A stretch of 57,930 bases of DNA from Bacillota bacterium (GTDB lineage: Bacteria; Bacillota; Desulfotomaculia; Desulfotomaculales; Desulfallaceae), in contig JAKSCU010000104.1 of assembly GCA_022360435.1 (NCBI GenBank), forward strand, positions 1 to 57,930, written 5' to 3'. Every line of letters starts with the position of its first letter. The stretch's first letter is position 1. Under the pieces are notes generated by a model, which saw only the letters and a list, made by a program, of their open reading frames with translations, made no database searches and had not been told where the DNA came from. The translations under genes and the position numbers were made by a program. Positions 43,038-53,951 of the stretch are shown in pieces.

Positions 43038-43454
43038 CTAAATCATAACAAAACATATTGCCCAAGCGATTGCTCTTGCGGATGAATTTGGAATCCCTAG
43101 TTCAAAAATCATGAAGTCAATCAATCTCGCTTCAAAAGAATCGGAGATGCTCTCTAAAAAATCTGCAATTTCATTTGCATGCTTTTTTAAATACTTTCCG
43201 TGTTTTGGACTTATAAGCCCTACAATTTCATCAAGTGCTTCTCCACCATGTCTTAAGGCAAAAACAATAACATTTTTTTTAAATCCCATTATTTCAGCAG
43301 AACTTTCTTGCCTATTCTCAATCTGCTGATTATTTTCAACTATCCTAGTTACGTTTGTTTCAGGAGCCTTAGCGGCAAATACAAAGGTCGGAAAAAATGT
43401 TGAAAAAACAAATGAAATTGTTAAAATTAATGATATTATTTTTAGGTTTTTCAT
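43038..43454 (-). CDS. Secreted/lipid-anchored hypothetical protein (138 aa)
   Basis: Signal peptide MKNLKIISLILTISFVFSTFFPTFVFA. AT-rich. No recognisable motif. Confidence 0.5.
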   Translation of the reverse strand: MKNLKIISLILTISFVFSTFFPTFVFAAKAPETNVTRIVENNQQIENRQESSAEIMGFKKNVIVFALRHGGEALDEIVGLISPKHGKYLKKHANEIADFLESISDSFEARLIDFMIFELGIPNSSARAIAWAICFVMI

Positions 43455-44258
43455 AAAATATCCCCTTTAAATATAATATTTGGCATATCTGGCCACCCAA
43501 GGTTAATTTATATCAATTATGGAGATAAAGTCAATTATATAATTTCGACCTTTTATGAGTTTTTCATGGCTGTTTAGTTAAATAATTTATATATGACCGT
43601 CATGGGCGCTGTTTGTAGGGTAAAACCGATTTGTTGAATGGTCGTAAACACGTGACAATACCCAGCTGAATTAGGTTAAGCCTGTTCTTCTTATTATCAC
43701 TCGGTAAAATAATAACAATTAATAGAAAACATCCTTTCTTGGTTGTGCTGTTGTGGTGACTGCATTTTACCCAAAAAGGCGTGTTTTCTTTTTGTTTTTA
43801 ACTAATAAAAGTTGGCTTAAACTCTATTTTATAAGAATTGGATTAACTTTTGAACTATGAAGATTGACTTAATTACTTAACAGGAGTCAAATCCAGTTAA
43901 ATTTTTCTGCTTGCATGGCAAAAAAAGGAAGCGAGTTGCTAAATAAGGTTTATTAAGAAATTGCATTTGGAGCATACAACAGGGCTCGAATCTGGAGTTG
44001 AACTGAAGAGCGTTGTGTCATAATTGTCCTGCGGGTTCGAGTGAAGGTTTTAGAAAGGCGACGTATATATCTTGCGTAACTTTTACTTTGCTTCCTTGTT
44101 GCGGATAATACAATAAGCAATCACTCCAAGGTCGTTATCGTCTGCGGTATCAGTCATTTTTTTTGCTCATTTCCCGGCATAAAAATAGCTTCGGGCGGCG
44201 CATTGAAGGTGTGCGGCGAGGCTATGCTAATAGCACAGAAAAAGCGGAAGGTGGTTAA

Positions 44259-46937
44259 ATGAGACACAAAGAAGCGCACATGATGGAAATCCGGGAAGTG
44301 CTGGAAAGTCTGGGCGCCGACCCGGAAAAAGGGCTGGAGGGCGCGGAGGTTGAGAACAGACGGCGCCGGTATGGAGAAAACCGGCTGCGGAAGCAGGCCG
44401 GTATCTCCCCCTGGGTAATTTTGGTCAACCAGTTCCGGAACATCATTGTTGCGTTACTGGTGCTGGCCGTGGTTATTTCCCTGGTGTTGCACGAGTATTT
44501 GGAAGCATTGGCCATACTGGTGGTTATCGTGCTTAACGCCCTGTTCGGCTTTGTGACCGAATACCGGGCCGGGCGGGCCATGGAAGCATTGAAAGATATG
44601 GTGGTGGCCACCGCCAAGGTGGTTCGGGACGGCAAACTCATCGAAGTGGACGCCGCCGGGGTGGTGCCCGGCGACTTGCTAATCCTTGAGGAGGGCGATA
44701 GCGTCACTGCCGACGGGCGCCTGGTGGAAGCAGAAAACATGGCGGTGGTGGAAGCTTCCTTAACCGGTGAATCACAGCCCGTAAACAAGCAAACAGACTC
44801 GCTGGAAGCCGGCGCCCTGCCCCTGGGGGATCGGGTGAACATGGTTTTCATGGGCACCATGGTGGTGCGGGGCAACGGCCGGGCGGTGGTCACCGCCACC
44901 GGGGAAAAAACCGAGATGGGCGGCGTTTCGGCGCTGCTGGAGAAGGCCGGTCAGGACAAGACACCGCTGGAAAAAAGGCTGGCGGTGCTGGGCCATTCAC
45001 TGGCTTTCATCAGTTTGGGTATCGCCGCGCTGATGGCGGTCATGGGCATAGCCATGGGGCGTCCCGTGCTGGAAATACTGGAAACCGCCATTGCCCTGGC
45101 CATAGCCGCCGTGCCCGAGGGCCTGCCGGCGGTGGCAACCATCACCCTGGCTATCGGTATGACCCGCATGGCCAGGCAAAATGCCATTATCCGCCGGCTG
45201 CCGGCGGTGGAAACCCTGGGTTCCACCACGGTCATTTGTACCGATAAAACCGGCACCCTGACGGAAAACGAAATGACCTTGGAGGAAATCTGGTTGGGTG
45301 GGCGCGCCATCAAAGTTACCGGCGCCGGTTACCGGCCCGAGGGGGACTTTGTGGCCGGTGACCGGCGGGAAGAGGTGCGCGGGGACCTGGAACTATTTTT
45401 GAAAACCGGCGCCCTGGCCAGTAACGCCGCCGTCAATCGGGTGGATGAAGGCCAGTGGTCCGTGGTGGGTGACCCCACCGAGGGCGCTCTGGTTGTGGCC
45501 GCCTTGAAGGGCGGATTTGACCCGGAAATGGCCAGGCAAAACGACTACAAGGAATTGAAGGAAATACCATTTAATTCCGCGGAGAAAAGGATGGCGGTAT
45601 ACTACCGCTTTCCGGACGGTCAAAAATTATTGCTGGCCAAGGGGGCGCCGCGGGTGATCATGGCGAGCTGCACCGGGATGGTGAAGGACGGGCAGGTTCT
45701 TCCCCTGGATGAATCCGCCCGCAAATCGGTGCTGGAAGTCAACGACGGTATGGCCGGGCGGGGGTTGCGGGTACTGGCCGTGGCTTACCGGCCGGTGGAG
45801 TCCGAGACCGAGGAGCCCTACCGGGACCTGATTCTGTTGGGATTGGCCGGTATCGCCGACCCGCCCCGGGAGGAAGCCGGGCAGGCCATTGCCGAGGCCG
45901 GCGGAGCCGGCATCCGTGTGATTATGATCACCGGTGACCAGCCCGAGACGGCCCGGGCCATCGGCCATCGCTTGGGCACGCCCCCGGGCAGGGTGGTGCA
46001 CGGCGCGGCGCTGCACGACATAACCATGGCCGAACTGTCCGACGAACTGGCCCACGCAAGCATATTCGCCCGGGTCAACCCCGAGGACAAGCTGGATATT
46101 GTTGACGCGCTGCAGAAACAGGGGGAGGTGGTGGCCATGACCGGGGACGGGGTCAACGACGCCCCGGCCCTGAAGGAGGCCGACATCGGCATAGCCATGG
46201 GTCAGGAAGGGACATCGGTGGCCAAAGAGTCTGCGGACATGTTGCTCACCGACGACAACTTCGCCACTATCATCCGGGCGGTTAAAGAGGGCCGGGTCAT
46301 TTTCGACAATATTACTAAGTTTATACATTATCTGTTTTCCTGCAACCTGAGCGAGATAATGGTTATTTTTCTGGCCTTGTTAATGGGCCTGCCTTTGCCG
46401 CTGGTAGCCCTGCAGATACTTTGGCTGAACCTGGTCACCGACGTGTTTCCGGCGCTGTCCCTGGGCTGGGAACCGGCTGAACGACGTATTATGCGGCGGC
46501 CTCCCCGGGACCCGGACCAGGCTATTCTCACAAACCGTTTCAAACTGCGCATTCTGGTGCAGGGAGCGGTTATGGCCTTGGGCTCCCTGGGAGCCTACGT
46601 ATATGTGTTGAATATCACCGGAAATCTTGAAGTGGCCCGCACGGTAGCTTTTATTACCCTGGCCGGGGTGCAATTGCTTCACGTGTTCAACGTGCGGGGC
46701 GGCGGCATCATGCGCTTGGACCGCACCCTGTTTTCCAATCGGGTTCTGTGGGGCGCCATTGTGCTGGTGGTGGGGCTGCAGGCTCTGGCCGTTTATCAGC
46801 CCTTGCTTAACCGAGTGTTGCAAACCGTGCCTTTGGATGCTTTCAGTTTGCTCATTGTTACGGTGGTCAGCCTGGCCACCCTGGCGGTTGTCCAGATACT
46901 GAACCGGTTCCAATTCATGCGGGAACCGGTGTACTAA
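44259..46937 (+). CDS. P-type ATPase, type IIA (Ca2+/cation-transporting)
   Basis: CTDKTGTLTENEM phosphorylation motif, MITGDQ, MTGDGVNDAPALKEADIGIAMG, 10 TM topology, N-terminal Cation_ATPase_N-like segment. Confidence 0.9.
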   Translation: MRHKEAHMMEIREVLESLGADPEKGLEGAEVENRRRRYGENRLRKQAGISPWVILVNQFRNIIVALLVLAVVISLVLHEYLEALAILVVIVLNALFGFVTEYRAGRAMEALKDMVVATAKVVRDGKLIEVDAAGVVPGDLLILEEGDSVTADGRLVEAENMAVVEASLTGESQPVNKQTDSLEAGALPLGDRVNMVFMGTMVVRGNGRAVVTATGEKTEMGGVSALLEKAGQDKTPLEKRLAVLGHSLAFISLGIAALMAVMGIAMGRPVLEILETAIALAIAAVPEGLPAVATITLAIGMTRMARQNAIIRRLPAVETLGSTTVICTDKTGTLTENEMTLEEIWLGGRAIKVTGAGYRPEGDFVAGDRREEVRGDLELFLKTGALASNAAVNRVDEGQWSVVGDPTEGALVVAALKGGFDPEMARQNDYKELKEIPFNSAEKRMAVYYRFPDGQKLLLAKGAPRVIMASCTGMVKDGQVLPLDESARKSVLEVNDGMAGRGLRVLAVAYRPVESETEEPYRDLILLGLAGIADPPREEAGQAIAEAGGAGIRVIMITGDQPETARAIGHRLGTPPGRVVHGAALHDITMAELSDELAHASIFARVNPEDKLDIVDALQKQGEVVAMTGDGVNDAPALKEADIGIAMGQEGTSVAKESADMLLTDDNFATIIRAVKEGRVIFDNITKFIHYLFSCNLSEIMVIFLALLMGLPLPLVALQILWLNLVTDVFPALSLGWEPAERRIMRRPPRDPDQAILTNRFKLRILVQGAVMALGSLGAYVYVLNITGNLEVARTVAFITLAGVQLLHVFNVRGGGIMRLDRTLFSNRVLWGAIVLVVGLQALAVYQPLLNRVLQTVPLDAFSLLIVTVVSLATLAVVQILNRFQFMREPVY

Positions 46938-47000
46938 AAAGCCGTCAACAGGAAAAAATAAAGCAAGAATATTGGCACCGGACGGGGAAGGAGACGGGCA

Positions 47001-48209
47001 ATGGTTAAACTGGATGATTACGAACGGATTATCGGCCGGGAGCGGGTGGAAGCCATCCGTGAGTTGGCCGCGCCGCTGGAAGGGGTTGCGGTTCAACATA
47101 TCAATTCCGCCGCGGTGGGGGGCGGAGTGGCTGAGATACTGAAAAGGCTGGTGCCCTTGATGGAAGATGTGGGGCTTGTTCCCCGCTGGGACGTGTTGCG
47201 GGGCACCAATGAATTTTTTTCCATCACCAAAACTTTTCATAACGCTTTCCACGGCCAGCCCGTGGAGATAAACGAGTGGATGTTTGAAACCTACCGGGAG
47301 GTGTCCAGACAGAATTTTGATCTGCTGGACGCCGCCGCCGATTTTGTGATTCTGCATGACCAACAGCCTCTGGGTCTGGCCGAACTCCGGCCGGATCACT
47401 CGGGGCACTGGGTCTGGTACTGCCATATCGATCCCGTGGACGTGGACCGCCGGTTGTGGGAGTTTTTGAAGAACTATGCCACCCGGTGTGACGGGGCGAT
47501 ATACCACCTCTACGAGTACGTAAAGGAACTGGGCAAACGGGTGTACGTGATGCCCCCGGCCATAGATCCCCTGAGCGAAAAAAACAGGGAAGTGGACGAA
47601 GAGGAGCGCCGCACCGTCCTGGAGCGCCTGGAGGTGCCCGGAGACTTGCCCCTGGTGGTGCAAGTCTCCCGCTTTGACCGGCTTAAAGACCCCATGGGCG
47701 TAATCAGGTCCTTCCGGATGGTGCGGGAACAGGTGCCCTGCCGTCTTGTGCTGGCGGGCGGCGGTGCCGGGGACGACCCCGAAGGCTCCCAGGTACTGGA
47801 GGAAGTGCGCCAAGAAGCCGACGGGGACCCCGGCATTATGATCCTGGAACTATCACCCACCGCTGATCTGGAAATAAACGTGCTGCAGCGGACCGCCGCT
47901 GTGGTGGTGCAAAAGTCGGTCCGCGAGGGGTTCGGTCTCACCGTTACCGAGGCCATGTGGAAGGGGCGCCCGTTGGTGGCCGCCCCGGTGGGGGGCATCC
48001 GCATCCAGGTGCTGCATGAAGAAACCGGCCTGGCGGCCAGCGGTGACGAGGCGGTGGCCGGGGCCGTCGTGCGTATGTTAAGAAACCCTGAACTGGCTGC
48101 TTCCATGGGCCGGGCCGGCCGGGAAATGGTGCGGCGCAACTTCATCATACCGGTGTATCTGGAGCGCTGGATTGGGATGCTGGCCGCCGAAAGACGCCTT
48201 ACTTGCTAG
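47001..48209 (+). CDS. treT: Trehalose glycosyltransferring synthase TreT (GT4)
   Basis: Collinear with archaeal/Thermotoga-type TreT as I remember it: LDDYERIIG..., HINSAAVGGGVAEIL, RWDVLRGTNEFFSITKTFHNAFHG, VQVSRFDRLKDP, SVREGFGLTVTEAMWKGRP. Confidence 0.85.
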   Translation: MVKLDDYERIIGRERVEAIRELAAPLEGVAVQHINSAAVGGGVAEILKRLVPLMEDVGLVPRWDVLRGTNEFFSITKTFHNAFHGQPVEINEWMFETYREVSRQNFDLLDAAADFVILHDQQPLGLAELRPDHSGHWVWYCHIDPVDVDRRLWEFLKNYATRCDGAIYHLYEYVKELGKRVYVMPPAIDPLSEKNREVDEEERRTVLERLEVPGDLPLVVQVSRFDRLKDPMGVIRSFRMVREQVPCRLVLAGGGAGDDPEGSQVLEEVRQEADGDPGIMILELSPTADLEINVLQRTAAVVVQKSVREGFGLTVTEAMWKGRPLVAAPVGGIRIQVLHEETGLAASGDEAVAGAVVRMLRNPELAASMGRAGREMVRRNFIIPVYLERWIGMLAAERRLTC

Positions 48210-48387
48210 CTTTTCATTCTATCCCCAAACCCTCCCGAAGGGTTGGATGATTTTAAACAAAACACGTGGTGTTTTTCGTAGCGAACGCCCCCTTCGTACC
48301 AGTAATTGACTGGCCGATTTAATTATATATACAGATTTTGTATGTGACAACGAAGGCGCCTGGCCTCTCGTCATTGCGAAAAAAATG

Positions 48388-51315
48388 TCAAAATTTAGCA
48401 ATGTCAGGCGTAAGCAGTGCAGCCGGGAAGCTTTGCCATACAGCGGCTAGCGGCAGCGCGCGTGTTTCCGGGCCGGCTTTGGCGGACAGATTTTCTCCGG
48501 TCAGGACGTTTTGCCATTGGCCGGGCGCGTCACCGGGCAGCAGGAGCGAGTTGCCCCCCCAAGTTTTCTCCCCCAGCGGCGGTTTAGGGGTAAGCAGTTC
48601 GTCCACGTCCGGGTTGCCGGGGTCCGGGAAGATGGGTTCGCCCGCCGGCTTGTCCATATCATTCGGACCGCCCCGGCCGGCCAGAAACAGCGCCAGCAGC
48701 CGGGGCACCGCCACCAGGACCCAGCTTTGGCCGGCGCGCCGGGCAAATGCGCAGACGTGCTCGGCTCCGGGACCGGCGGCTTGCACCGGGATGTATTCCC
48801 CCCGGGTGAAAAGATCGGGATGGGCTTTACGAAACTGCAGGCTTCTGTAAGTTAGGAACATCTTTACCCGCCCGTCCCGCCAGGATTCCAGCAGTTCCCG
48901 GGCCAAGGCCGCCGGAGCCGCCTCGCCGCCCGCTTCCCGTTCCCGGAGTGTGGCCAGCATGTCCACTCGCTCCCTGAAGTCTACCGGCCGCCGGTTGTCC
49001 GGGTCCACCAGGCTGAAATCCCATAGCTCGGCGCCCTGGTAAAAGTCGGGCACTCCCGGGCAGGTGACCTTCAGCAGCACCTGGGCCAGCGAGCCCAGGG
49101 CGCCGTAATAGGCGGCGGTGGCCTGGAACCGGGTGAAGTCCGGCAAAAACAGGTTGTCTTTCCCGGGCTCCAGGATGGATATGGCAAACTGTACCAGCGC
49201 TTTTTCGTAATCTTCGACGGGTCGCAGCCACCCGGTATGTATTCCGGCTTCCCTGGCTGCCTTGACCAGATAGCTTTCCAGCCGTTTTTTAAAGTCGGCC
49301 GATTCGTCCTCCCGGAAAGGCCAGGCGCCTATCAGGGTTTGGTAAATAAATTGTTCCATGGTGCCGCCGGGTACCGGCCGTCCGTTCCATAGCGGCTTGC
49401 GACTATGGTTCCAGCGGCGCCAATGCTCCAGGCGCTCGGCCCAACGGGCCGGGATTTCCGACAGTACGTTGATGCGCATGCGCACGTCCTCGCTGCGTTT
49501 GGTGTCATGGGTGGAAGTGGTGTTCATGGAATGGGGCAGGCGATCCAGCCTGGCCCGGTTACGCCGGTGGAACAATGCCACGGGCATCGCCGGAGCGTGC
49601 GGTTCGCCTCCCACCTCGTTGACTGAAATCAGCGGGTTGTAAACATACATGGCGGCGTCCTCCACCCCCTTGGCCGTAACCGGGCCGGTGAACTGCTGCC
49701 AGCGCATCACGAAACGCAGCCAAGCCAACCGCTTTCCTTCAAGCATATGATCACTGAAATCCAGCAGCAGCACCCGGCGCAAAAAACCGCAAGCTCGTCG
49801 GACGTCGGGGCTTCGCCGGCCGGCCGACGTCACGGCCTGTTCAATATATTCCCGGTCCCGGGCCGTCACCCTGTACCCGCGGGTATAGGTGCGGTAGACG
49901 GCAAAACAGGCGGTTACTTCCACCAGGGCTTCTTCCAGCTGGTCCAGGGTCAAATCGCAGCCGTGCCGGTCTTGCTCCGCCAGGTCGCCCAACTGCTGGG
50001 CCAGGGTGCGCATTTCGCCGCCGAAAAGTGTGGCCATGGCCCGTTTTTTTAGCTTGTAAACCACCGCCGGGAAGTCTTCCCACCCGCCATGGCGGCGGTA
50101 TGTCTCCTCCAGTTGGCTCAGTCCTTCGCCATGCACGAACAGCCCGTTGACCAGGTTTAAAAAATCGTACCCGCTGGTGCCGCTTACCGGCCAGCCGGCG
50201 GGAAGCTCCTCTTCGGCGCCCAGAATTTTTTCCACCAGCACGTAAAATCCGGGGCGCTCCCCCGGGCCGGCCAGGCTTTCCTGAAGGCGGTTCAGGTAAG
50301 CCTCGGGGTCGTGCAGGCCGTCGATGTGATCTATGCGCAGCCCGTTTACCTGTCCGTCCCGGGCCAGATGCAGAACCAGTTCATGGGTGGCTGCCATGAC
50401 ATTTTCATCCTCCGCTCGCACCGAAACCAGTTCGCTGATGCTGAAAAACCGGCGGTAATTAATTTCCCGGTTGGCCGTCGGCCAGAAGGCCAGCCGGTAA
50501 TGCTGCCCGGCCAACAGCGCGTCCAGACGGTGGAAACTGGCCGTTTCCCCCTTGGTACCGTTTATTGCCCGCAGCGTGTTATCAATAAAGGTCTCGGTTT
50601 CGGGGTTGGTGTGGTACAACCGCCACAGCCGGCCCGTAATCTCCCGGAACGCTGTTGTAAAACAGGTGTCGGCGGGGGGCGGCAGTTTATCCAGCTCCGC
50701 CGCCAGCTCCGCCAACTGCCGCGGCGCGGGGCCGGGGTCGCCGTGTTGGCCGGACGCGATGAACTCGGCGAGTAATTGGCGGTATGAGCCGGGTTTAACC
50801 GGCAGTCGGTGGTCATGGTAGCGCACTTGGAAGCCTGCTTCGGCCAGTACCAGGGTTATTTCCCCGTTTTCCAGCGCTTCACCGTACGGCAGGCCCAGGA
50901 TGGGGAGCAGGACCCGGCCGGTCAGGCCCGGCCGGGCCGACTGCCAGTTGATGTCGAAATACCGGGCGTAAGGCGAACCCCGGCCGTGCCGCAGCACGTT
51001 GGCCCACCACGGGTTTTCCGCGCTGGCGGCCATGTGGTTGGGCACGATGTCCAGCAGCAGCCCCATGCCGTGCCGGCGCAGCGCTTCGGCCAGTCCGGCG
51101 AAGGCGCGTTCGCCGCCCAATTCCCGGTTTAGCCGGGCGGGGTCGGTCACGTCATAACCGTGGCCGCTCCCCGGCCTGGCCTGGAGCAGCGGGGAGGCGT
51201 AGAGGTCGGTTACGCCCAGCGCGTGCAGGTACGGCACCAGCGCCCGGGCGTGGTCCAGGCCGAACGCCCGGTTAAATTGGAGCCGGTAGGTGGCCGCCGG
51301 GACGCGCAAAACAGC
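48388..51315 (-). CDS. treY: Malto-oligosyltrehalose synthase TreY (GH13)
   Basis: N-terminus MAVLRVPAATYRLQFNRAFGL...LGVTDLYASPLLQARPGSGHGYDV. SD AAAGGAG upstream of ATG 51315. The ORF-track start 51387 would overlap the upstream gene. Confidence 0.9.
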   Translation of the reverse strand, partial: AVLRVPAATYRLQFNRAFGLDHARALVPYLHALGVTDLYASPLLQARPGSGHGYDVTDPARLNRELGGERAFAGLAEALRRHGMGLLLDIVPNHMAASAENPWWANVLRHGRGSPYARYFDINWQSARPGLTGRVLLPILGLPYGEALENGEITLVLAEAGFQVRYHDHRLPVKPGSYRQLLAEFIASGQHGDPGPAPRQLAELAAELDKLPPPADTCFTTAFREITGRLWRLYHTNPETETFIDNTLRAINGTKGETASFHRLDALLAGQHYRLAFWPTANREINYRRFFSISELVSVRAEDENVMAATHELVLHLARDGQVNGLRIDHIDGLHDPEAYLNRLQESLAGPGERPGFYVLVEKILGAEEELPAGWPVSGTSGYDFLNLVNGLFVHGEGLSQLEETYRRHGGWEDFPAVVYKLKKRAMATLFGGEMRTLAQQLGDLAEQDRHGCDLTLDQLEEALVEVTACFAVYRTYTRGYRVTARDREYIEQAVTSAGRRSPDVRRACGFLRRVLLLDFSDHMLEGKRLAWLRFVMRWQQFTGPVTAKGVEDAAMYVYNPLISVNEVGGEPHAPAMPVALFHRRNRARLDRLPHSMNTTSTHDTKRSEDVRMRINVLSEIPARWAERLEHWRRWNHSRKPLWNGRPVPGGTMEQFIYQTLIGAWPFREDESADFKKRLESYLVKAAREAGIHTGWLRPVEDYEKALVQFAISILEPGKDNLFLPDFTRFQATAAYYGALGSLAQVLLKVTCPGVPDFYQGAELWDFSLVDPDNRRPVDFRERVDMLATLREREAGGEAAPAALARELLESWRDGRVKMFLTYRSLQFRKAHPDLFTRGEYIPVQAAGPGAEHVCAFARRAGQSWVLVAVPRLLALFLAGRGGPNDMDKPAGEPIFPDPGNPDVDELLTPKPPLGEKTWGGNSLLLPGDAPGQWQNVLTGENLSAKAGPETRALPLAAVWQSFPAALLTPDIAKF

Positions 51316-51319
51316 CATT

Positions 51320-53758
51320 TCAAGTGCTCCTTTCCACCTGCAGTTTGTCGCCCAGGGTTTCGAACAGTTCCAGCCACGCCCGGGCATCCCGATCCCCTTG
51401 TTCCGCCTTGTCCCGGTAGCCGGGATAAACTTTTTGCAGCAGCCGGTGGTATATGTTTTGCGCTTTCCACAGGTCCACGAAGAACGGCAGCGAGCGGGCC
51501 TGGTCGGCCAAAGTGACCAGGGATTCCATCCGGGAGGTGTCGGCGGGGTTGGTTTGCAGTTCCATCGCCGTTCGGTCCAGGTTTTTTTCCAGCACGTAAC
51601 TGAGACCTTCGTTTTCCAGCTTGATATCCAGGGAATCGGCTTCGGCCAGCAGGTTGTTAATCTTCTCGCGGTTGCGCACGTCCCGGGCGAATGTTTTGCG
51701 CAGGCTGGTGTTCAGGTAAATGTCGGCTGCGCACACCAGGGCTTGGGGCAGGGGAATGTGCATGTCTTTTTTTAAAAACCGCATCAGGGAGGCGTGCCGG
51801 TCATGAATCTTTCTGTAGTCCTCCTCCAGATCCGCCAGGGTGGAGGTAAGGATCAGATCCAGGATTTTGCGCTGCTGGTCCCGGAAAAGCTGCTTTAACG
51901 AGTAGTTGGTGTCATTCTCAAAATATTGATTCAGCAGCTGGATTACTCCGGAATGATCAGCCCGGTTAAAAGCGTCGGTCACTCCTTGTTTCATCTCCCG
52001 GTAAGTCTCGTCGCCGGCGAATTTCCGCACGCCGCCGCTGACGTTGTGATACCCGAAGTAAAAAACCCCGTAGTACACGGTGGTGGATTCCAAAGTGATT
52101 TCCGAAGCAACCCGCGCTTGCCCCACCGCCAGTTTGGCCCGGCCGGTTTCCAGGGTCTGATTGTCCAGGCGCGCCACGTCGTAACAGAAAATCCTGGTTT
52201 TGTCGCCATAATCGTTGAAAAGCGAGCTGATGGCGTAATGGGCGCCCACTTTGGGCAGGTCCACCATCGCCGGCGTCACGAATTTCTCGTAAATATGGGC
52301 GCCGTCCCGGTTTTCGGGAATGTTGCTTTTCGCTTCGCCCAGTATTTCCAGGAAACGGGGTTCCGGGTCGGTGTCCAGCAGGTCTCGGGCCAGTTGAACC
52401 ACTCGCCTGGCGTACTTGAGCACCTGCACCGTTTCAATGCCCGATATTTCGTCGAAGAACCAGCCGCAACTGGTGTACATCAACATGGCGTGCCGCTGCA
52501 GCTCCAGCAGTTTAAAAGCCGTCACCCGCTCTTCTTCTTGCAGCGGCCGGGCCGCTTGGGCGGCAAAAAACCGGTCCGTGTTCTCGGGCGAGCGGTCCAG
52601 CACCACTGAAATATAATCGTCCCGCGCCGCCCAGGGATCTTTCAGGTACCGGCGGGCCTGCTCCTCGTATCCTGGCGCCAGCGAGTCCCGCAGCCAGTCT
52701 AGGGCGTGGCGGAGAGGCGCCCGCCAGGCCTGGTTCCACCCCTCGTGCATGCCTGTGCTGCAGCCGCAGTCACCCTGCCAACGGCCCACACCGTGGGCGC
52801 AGCTCCAGGCGGTGTGTTCGTGGATTTCCACCTCGTGGGTGGGCGGGTGCAGCGCCATGAATTCGCTGTAATTGGTGATGCGGGCCAGGTTTTTTGAGGC
52901 AATGTACTGCAGGGCGTAAGCCAGCGCCATTTGCCCATGGCGGTGATGGTGCCCGTATGTTTCGCCGTCGGTGGCTATATTTACCAGCTGGGGCCAGGAT
53001 CGCGTGTCGTTAAAGCCTCCCAGCAGGCGGTGGGCGAAGCGCTCCCCGTTGGAAAGCAGCTTCTCGAAGGCGACGGCCCGGGAAATCGGCCCGTCGTAAA
53101 AAAATATGTTAATCCACCGTCCCGTGTCGGGAATGTTCAGCCGGTAGCACATGGAGGGGTCGATGCCCCTGGCGCCGACTTCCTGCCAGTGGCCGCCTTC
53201 CATTTTGCGCACCCGCCGGGCCTGGTACTGAGTAAGAACGGTGAAGCCGATGCCCTGTTCGGCCATGATGTCCAGGGATTCCAGGTCCACCGCTGTTTCA
53301 GGCAGCCACATCCCTTCCGGTTTGCGGCCGAAGCGGCTCTCGAAGTCCCTGATGCCCCAGATTACCTGGGTGTATTTGTCGCGCCGGTTGGCCAGGGGCA
53401 TGATCATGTGGTTGTAAGCCTGGGCGAAAGCCGAGCCGTGCCCGGAGAAGTGCCGCTTGCTTTCCCGGTCGGATTCAACCAGCGCGTGGTAAGTTTCCGG
53501 GTCGTTTGTCTGCAGCCAGTCCAGCAGCGTCGGTCCAAAATTGAAGCTGATCTTGGAATAGTTGTTGATGATGTCCCTGATCCAGCCCCGTTCGTTAAGT
53601 ATGCGGGCCGCGGTGTTTGGCGCGTAGCACTCGGCGGTGATCCGCTCGTTCCAGTCATGGTAAGGGTGAGCCGAATCTTGCAGCTCGACGGCTTCCAGCC
53701 ACGGGTTTTCCCGGGGTGGCTGGTAAAAATGGCCGTGGATGCAAAGGTATCGCTCCAT
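51320..53758 (-). CDS. GH57 family alpha-glucan-active enzyme with a long C-terminal (DUF3536-like) extension
   Basis: MERYLCIHGHFYQPPRENPW...ATDGETYGHH are GH57 catalytic blocks. SD AAAGGAGG upstream of ATG 53758. Confidence 0.88.
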   Translation of the reverse strand: MERYLCIHGHFYQPPRENPWLEAVELQDSAHPYHDWNERITAECYAPNTAARILNERGWIRDIINNYSKISFNFGPTLLDWLQTNDPETYHALVESDRESKRHFSGHGSAFAQAYNHMIMPLANRRDKYTQVIWGIRDFESRFGRKPEGMWLPETAVDLESLDIMAEQGIGFTVLTQYQARRVRKMEGGHWQEVGARGIDPSMCYRLNIPDTGRWINIFFYDGPISRAVAFEKLLSNGERFAHRLLGGFNDTRSWPQLVNIATDGETYGHHHRHGQMALAYALQYIASKNLARITNYSEFMALHPPTHEVEIHEHTAWSCAHGVGRWQGDCGCSTGMHEGWNQAWRAPLRHALDWLRDSLAPGYEEQARRYLKDPWAARDDYISVVLDRSPENTDRFFAAQAARPLQEEERVTAFKLLELQRHAMLMYTSCGWFFDEISGIETVQVLKYARRVVQLARDLLDTDPEPRFLEILGEAKSNIPENRDGAHIYEKFVTPAMVDLPKVGAHYAISSLFNDYGDKTRIFCYDVARLDNQTLETGRAKLAVGQARVASEITLESTTVYYGVFYFGYHNVSGGVRKFAGDETYREMKQGVTDAFNRADHSGVIQLLNQYFENDTNYSLKQLFRDQQRKILDLILTSTLADLEEDYRKIHDRHASLMRFLKKDMHIPLPQALVCAADIYLNTSLRKTFARDVRNREKINNLLAEADSLDIKLENEGLSYVLEKNLDRTAMELQTNPADTSRMESLVTLADQARSLPFFVDLWKAQNIYHRLLQKVYPGYRDKAEQGDRDARAWLELFETLGDKLQVERST

Positions 53759-53778
53759 GCGGTTAAACCTCCTTTTAC

Positions 53779-53811
53779 AGTCGAAAGTCAAAAGTCTAAA
53801 GACTTGAGACT
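53779..53811. repeat. Left arm of a long-range inverted repeat flanking the treZ-GH57 spacer
   Basis: AGTCGAAAGTCAAAAGTCTAAAGACTTGAGACT. About 20 of 22 positions are complementary to the tandem repeat at 53952-53987. Confidence 0.7.
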
Positions 53812-53951
53812 AAAAACTGAAGACCAATGGGTTTAATAATTCTTTAATCTTGATTAATACTACGGCGTAATAGTTGCTTTGTTTCATTTCATCAAGTAAA
53901 TGATTTGGACTACGCTTTACCGTTTTGAATATTAGATAAAGTTACGGAAAT

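Noticed and set aside
44000-44060. tRNA-like T-loop sequence GCGGGTTCGAGTG in the AT-rich gap
   Set aside because: The flanking bases cannot form a T-stem, acceptor stem or anticodon arm, so it is an isolated chance match.
46380-47813. 477-aa minus-strand ORF spanning the end of the P-type ATPase and most of treT
   Set aside because: It overlaps two well-supported plus-strand genes, and its product is His/Gln/Pro/Gly-rich with no recognisable domain. It is a shadow ORF. The same applies to 44255-44899, 45627-46328, 47510-48148, 50311-50775, 51926-52609, 52931-53836, 54021-55004 and 55485-56387.
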